DNA of 52,005 bases, the filler included, from Bipalium vagum (taxonomy: Eukaryota), in the NCBI GenBank assembly GCA_037834085.1. It is 3 parts of 3 records of this genome, joined end to end, with 100 filler letters (N's around TTAATTAATTAA, not from the genome) between each part and the next. Parts side by side here need not be neighbours in the genome. Positions count along the whole stretch, not along the records: positions 33,466 to 52,005 come from JBBMKC010025917.1; 2 more parts are not named here. One strand, written 5' to 3'. The notes under the pieces were generated by a model, which saw nothing but the letters and a program-made list of their open reading frames with translations, had not been told where the DNA came from and did no database searches. The position numbers and the translations under genes were made by a program. Each line of letters opens with the position of its first letter. The stretch's first letter is position 1. Of the stretch, positions 50,824-52,005 are shown one piece after another.

Positions 50824-51936
50824 ATATCTGTACGTGTACAATTTTTTTTATTTATTTACATAATAATTTATTTGAATATTATGAATTATTATTTACAATT
50901 TTAAGAAAAGCAATCAAAATCAAACCTTATTTATTTTCATAATATCCTTAGTGGTTTAGTATTTAATTTGTTGGCAATAGTTATTACGTTAATAATAAAT
51001 ATGCCTATTTCAACTAGGGTAGCATCTTAGTAATTAACTTTATATGGCTGACATCGAATTTATTCCATAATTATCATTGAGGCTTATTATTTGGTTTCAA
51101 TATTAAATGTTCAATAATTTTCCTAATTATAAATCAAGCTTCTCAATTCTTGAGCCAACAATAAATACTTAAGGATTTTCAGTAATAACTAGTTAAAGTG
51201 TAGGAAGCGTGCTAAATAAGCATAATTATATTTTCAAGAATAATCCAAATAACATCCCCGGCTCACTGAGACTTAGCAACAAACCAATTTGTCCATTGAA
51301 ACCTTAGCGTATTTCAACCAAAAATTTATGAAGATTTCTTTGTTAAATTATTTCTAAAAATCAAATGTAAAAATTTTTGCTTTAGTAAGGGTTTTTAGTT
51401 CATTTAATTAAATTTCTCAATCTGAGTTTAATGAATTTATTTCAAAGACATCCTTACTGTACTGATAGTAGTAATTACAATGTACATTGTACAACCAAAA
51501 ACATCTTTTTCGGTTAAATAAAATATAATACACTTCATGACGAAAGCCGGAAGAGTAAAGCCTCCGTTTTTGCAACGAAATCCTTTGGATGGGTTTGCCT
51601 GACATTTAGAATTAGGAATGATAATTAATTGTATCCGTTTTATTTCGCAGGAGCGATATTTTTCATAATTTTGCACTTTTGAACTGGTCATGTAATACAT
51701 TTCGATTAAACATCCACAATAAACCATTTTTTCAACAACCACGACAGTTTATTTACATCTGACCGAATTTTCGTAAACAAGGCTAAAATTTGTTATTTTA
51801 TCGACTTTTCTTGATATTTAAAGGATTTCAAGGTTAAAATCATTAAAGCTATTTATAATATAATAATAATGTTTTAACAGAAATATTAAAAATATTCGAT
51901 AAAAATCATGAACAACTTTTTAAAATTACTTTTATA

Positions 51937-52005
51937 TTTATTATTATTAATTTTATTATTATTAATTTTATTATTATTAATTTTATTATTATTAATTTTA
52001 TTATT
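51937..52005. repeat. 15-bp minisatellite (TTTTATTATTATTAA)n, about 4.6 copies, running off the window
   Basis: Exact units at 51951, 51966 and 51981, with partial units on either side. Confidence 0.93.

Noticed and set aside
50598-50942. ORFs of 60-114 aa in the track
   Set aside because: They are made of N-gap codons.
51437-51742. 101-aa ORF as a host gene
   Set aside because: No recognisable domain; at most a faint pogo-like relic.
1-52005. CRISPR array, tRNA, rRNA, snRNA or SL RNA genes, prokaryotic or viral operons
   Set aside because: No repeat-spacer periodicity, cloverleaf or snRNA signature was recognised by eye, and the short ORFs are mostly antisense shadows of TEs and genes or AT-rich noise. 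tRNAscan-SE and Rfam were not run.

Overview
Very AT-rich animal (invertebrate) nuclear DNA, not prokaryotic. The window is three separate scaffold pieces joined by artificial 100-nt spacers (44 N + TTAATTAATTAA + 44 N at 16087-16186 and 33366-33465), plus an ordinary 158-N gap at 50666-50823, so adjacency across the spacers is not biological. Host genes: (1) a Discs-large/MAGUK-like gene on + with SH3, hook and guanylate-kinase exons (7374-13677; no PDZ exons seen and terminal exon not found); (2) a decayed head-to-head pair, MOG1/RANGRF on - and a probable MED22 on +, with only 49 bp between their start codons; (3) a class A GPCR encoded by one 527-aa ORF on - (45963-47546). Most of the rest is decayed transposable elements: mariner, maT, rosa, Tc1/IS630-like, pogo, hAT, Merlin, Gypsy, two RLE-type non-LTR retrotransposons, a MITE and unclassified dispersed repeats. 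The best leads are two tandem hairpins whose deviations are mostly G-U compatible on + (17568-17736), a possibly PDZ-less Dlg, the decayed MOG1/MED22 pair, an unclassified repeat carrying a GNRA hairpin found inverted near both ends of the middle scaffold, and a GC-rich mariner. I found no unambiguous new multi-gene system. Family calls rest on hand translation and motif recognition, and boundaries of decayed elements are approximate. The taxon cannot be determined; a flatworm-like lophotrochozoan is only a guess.
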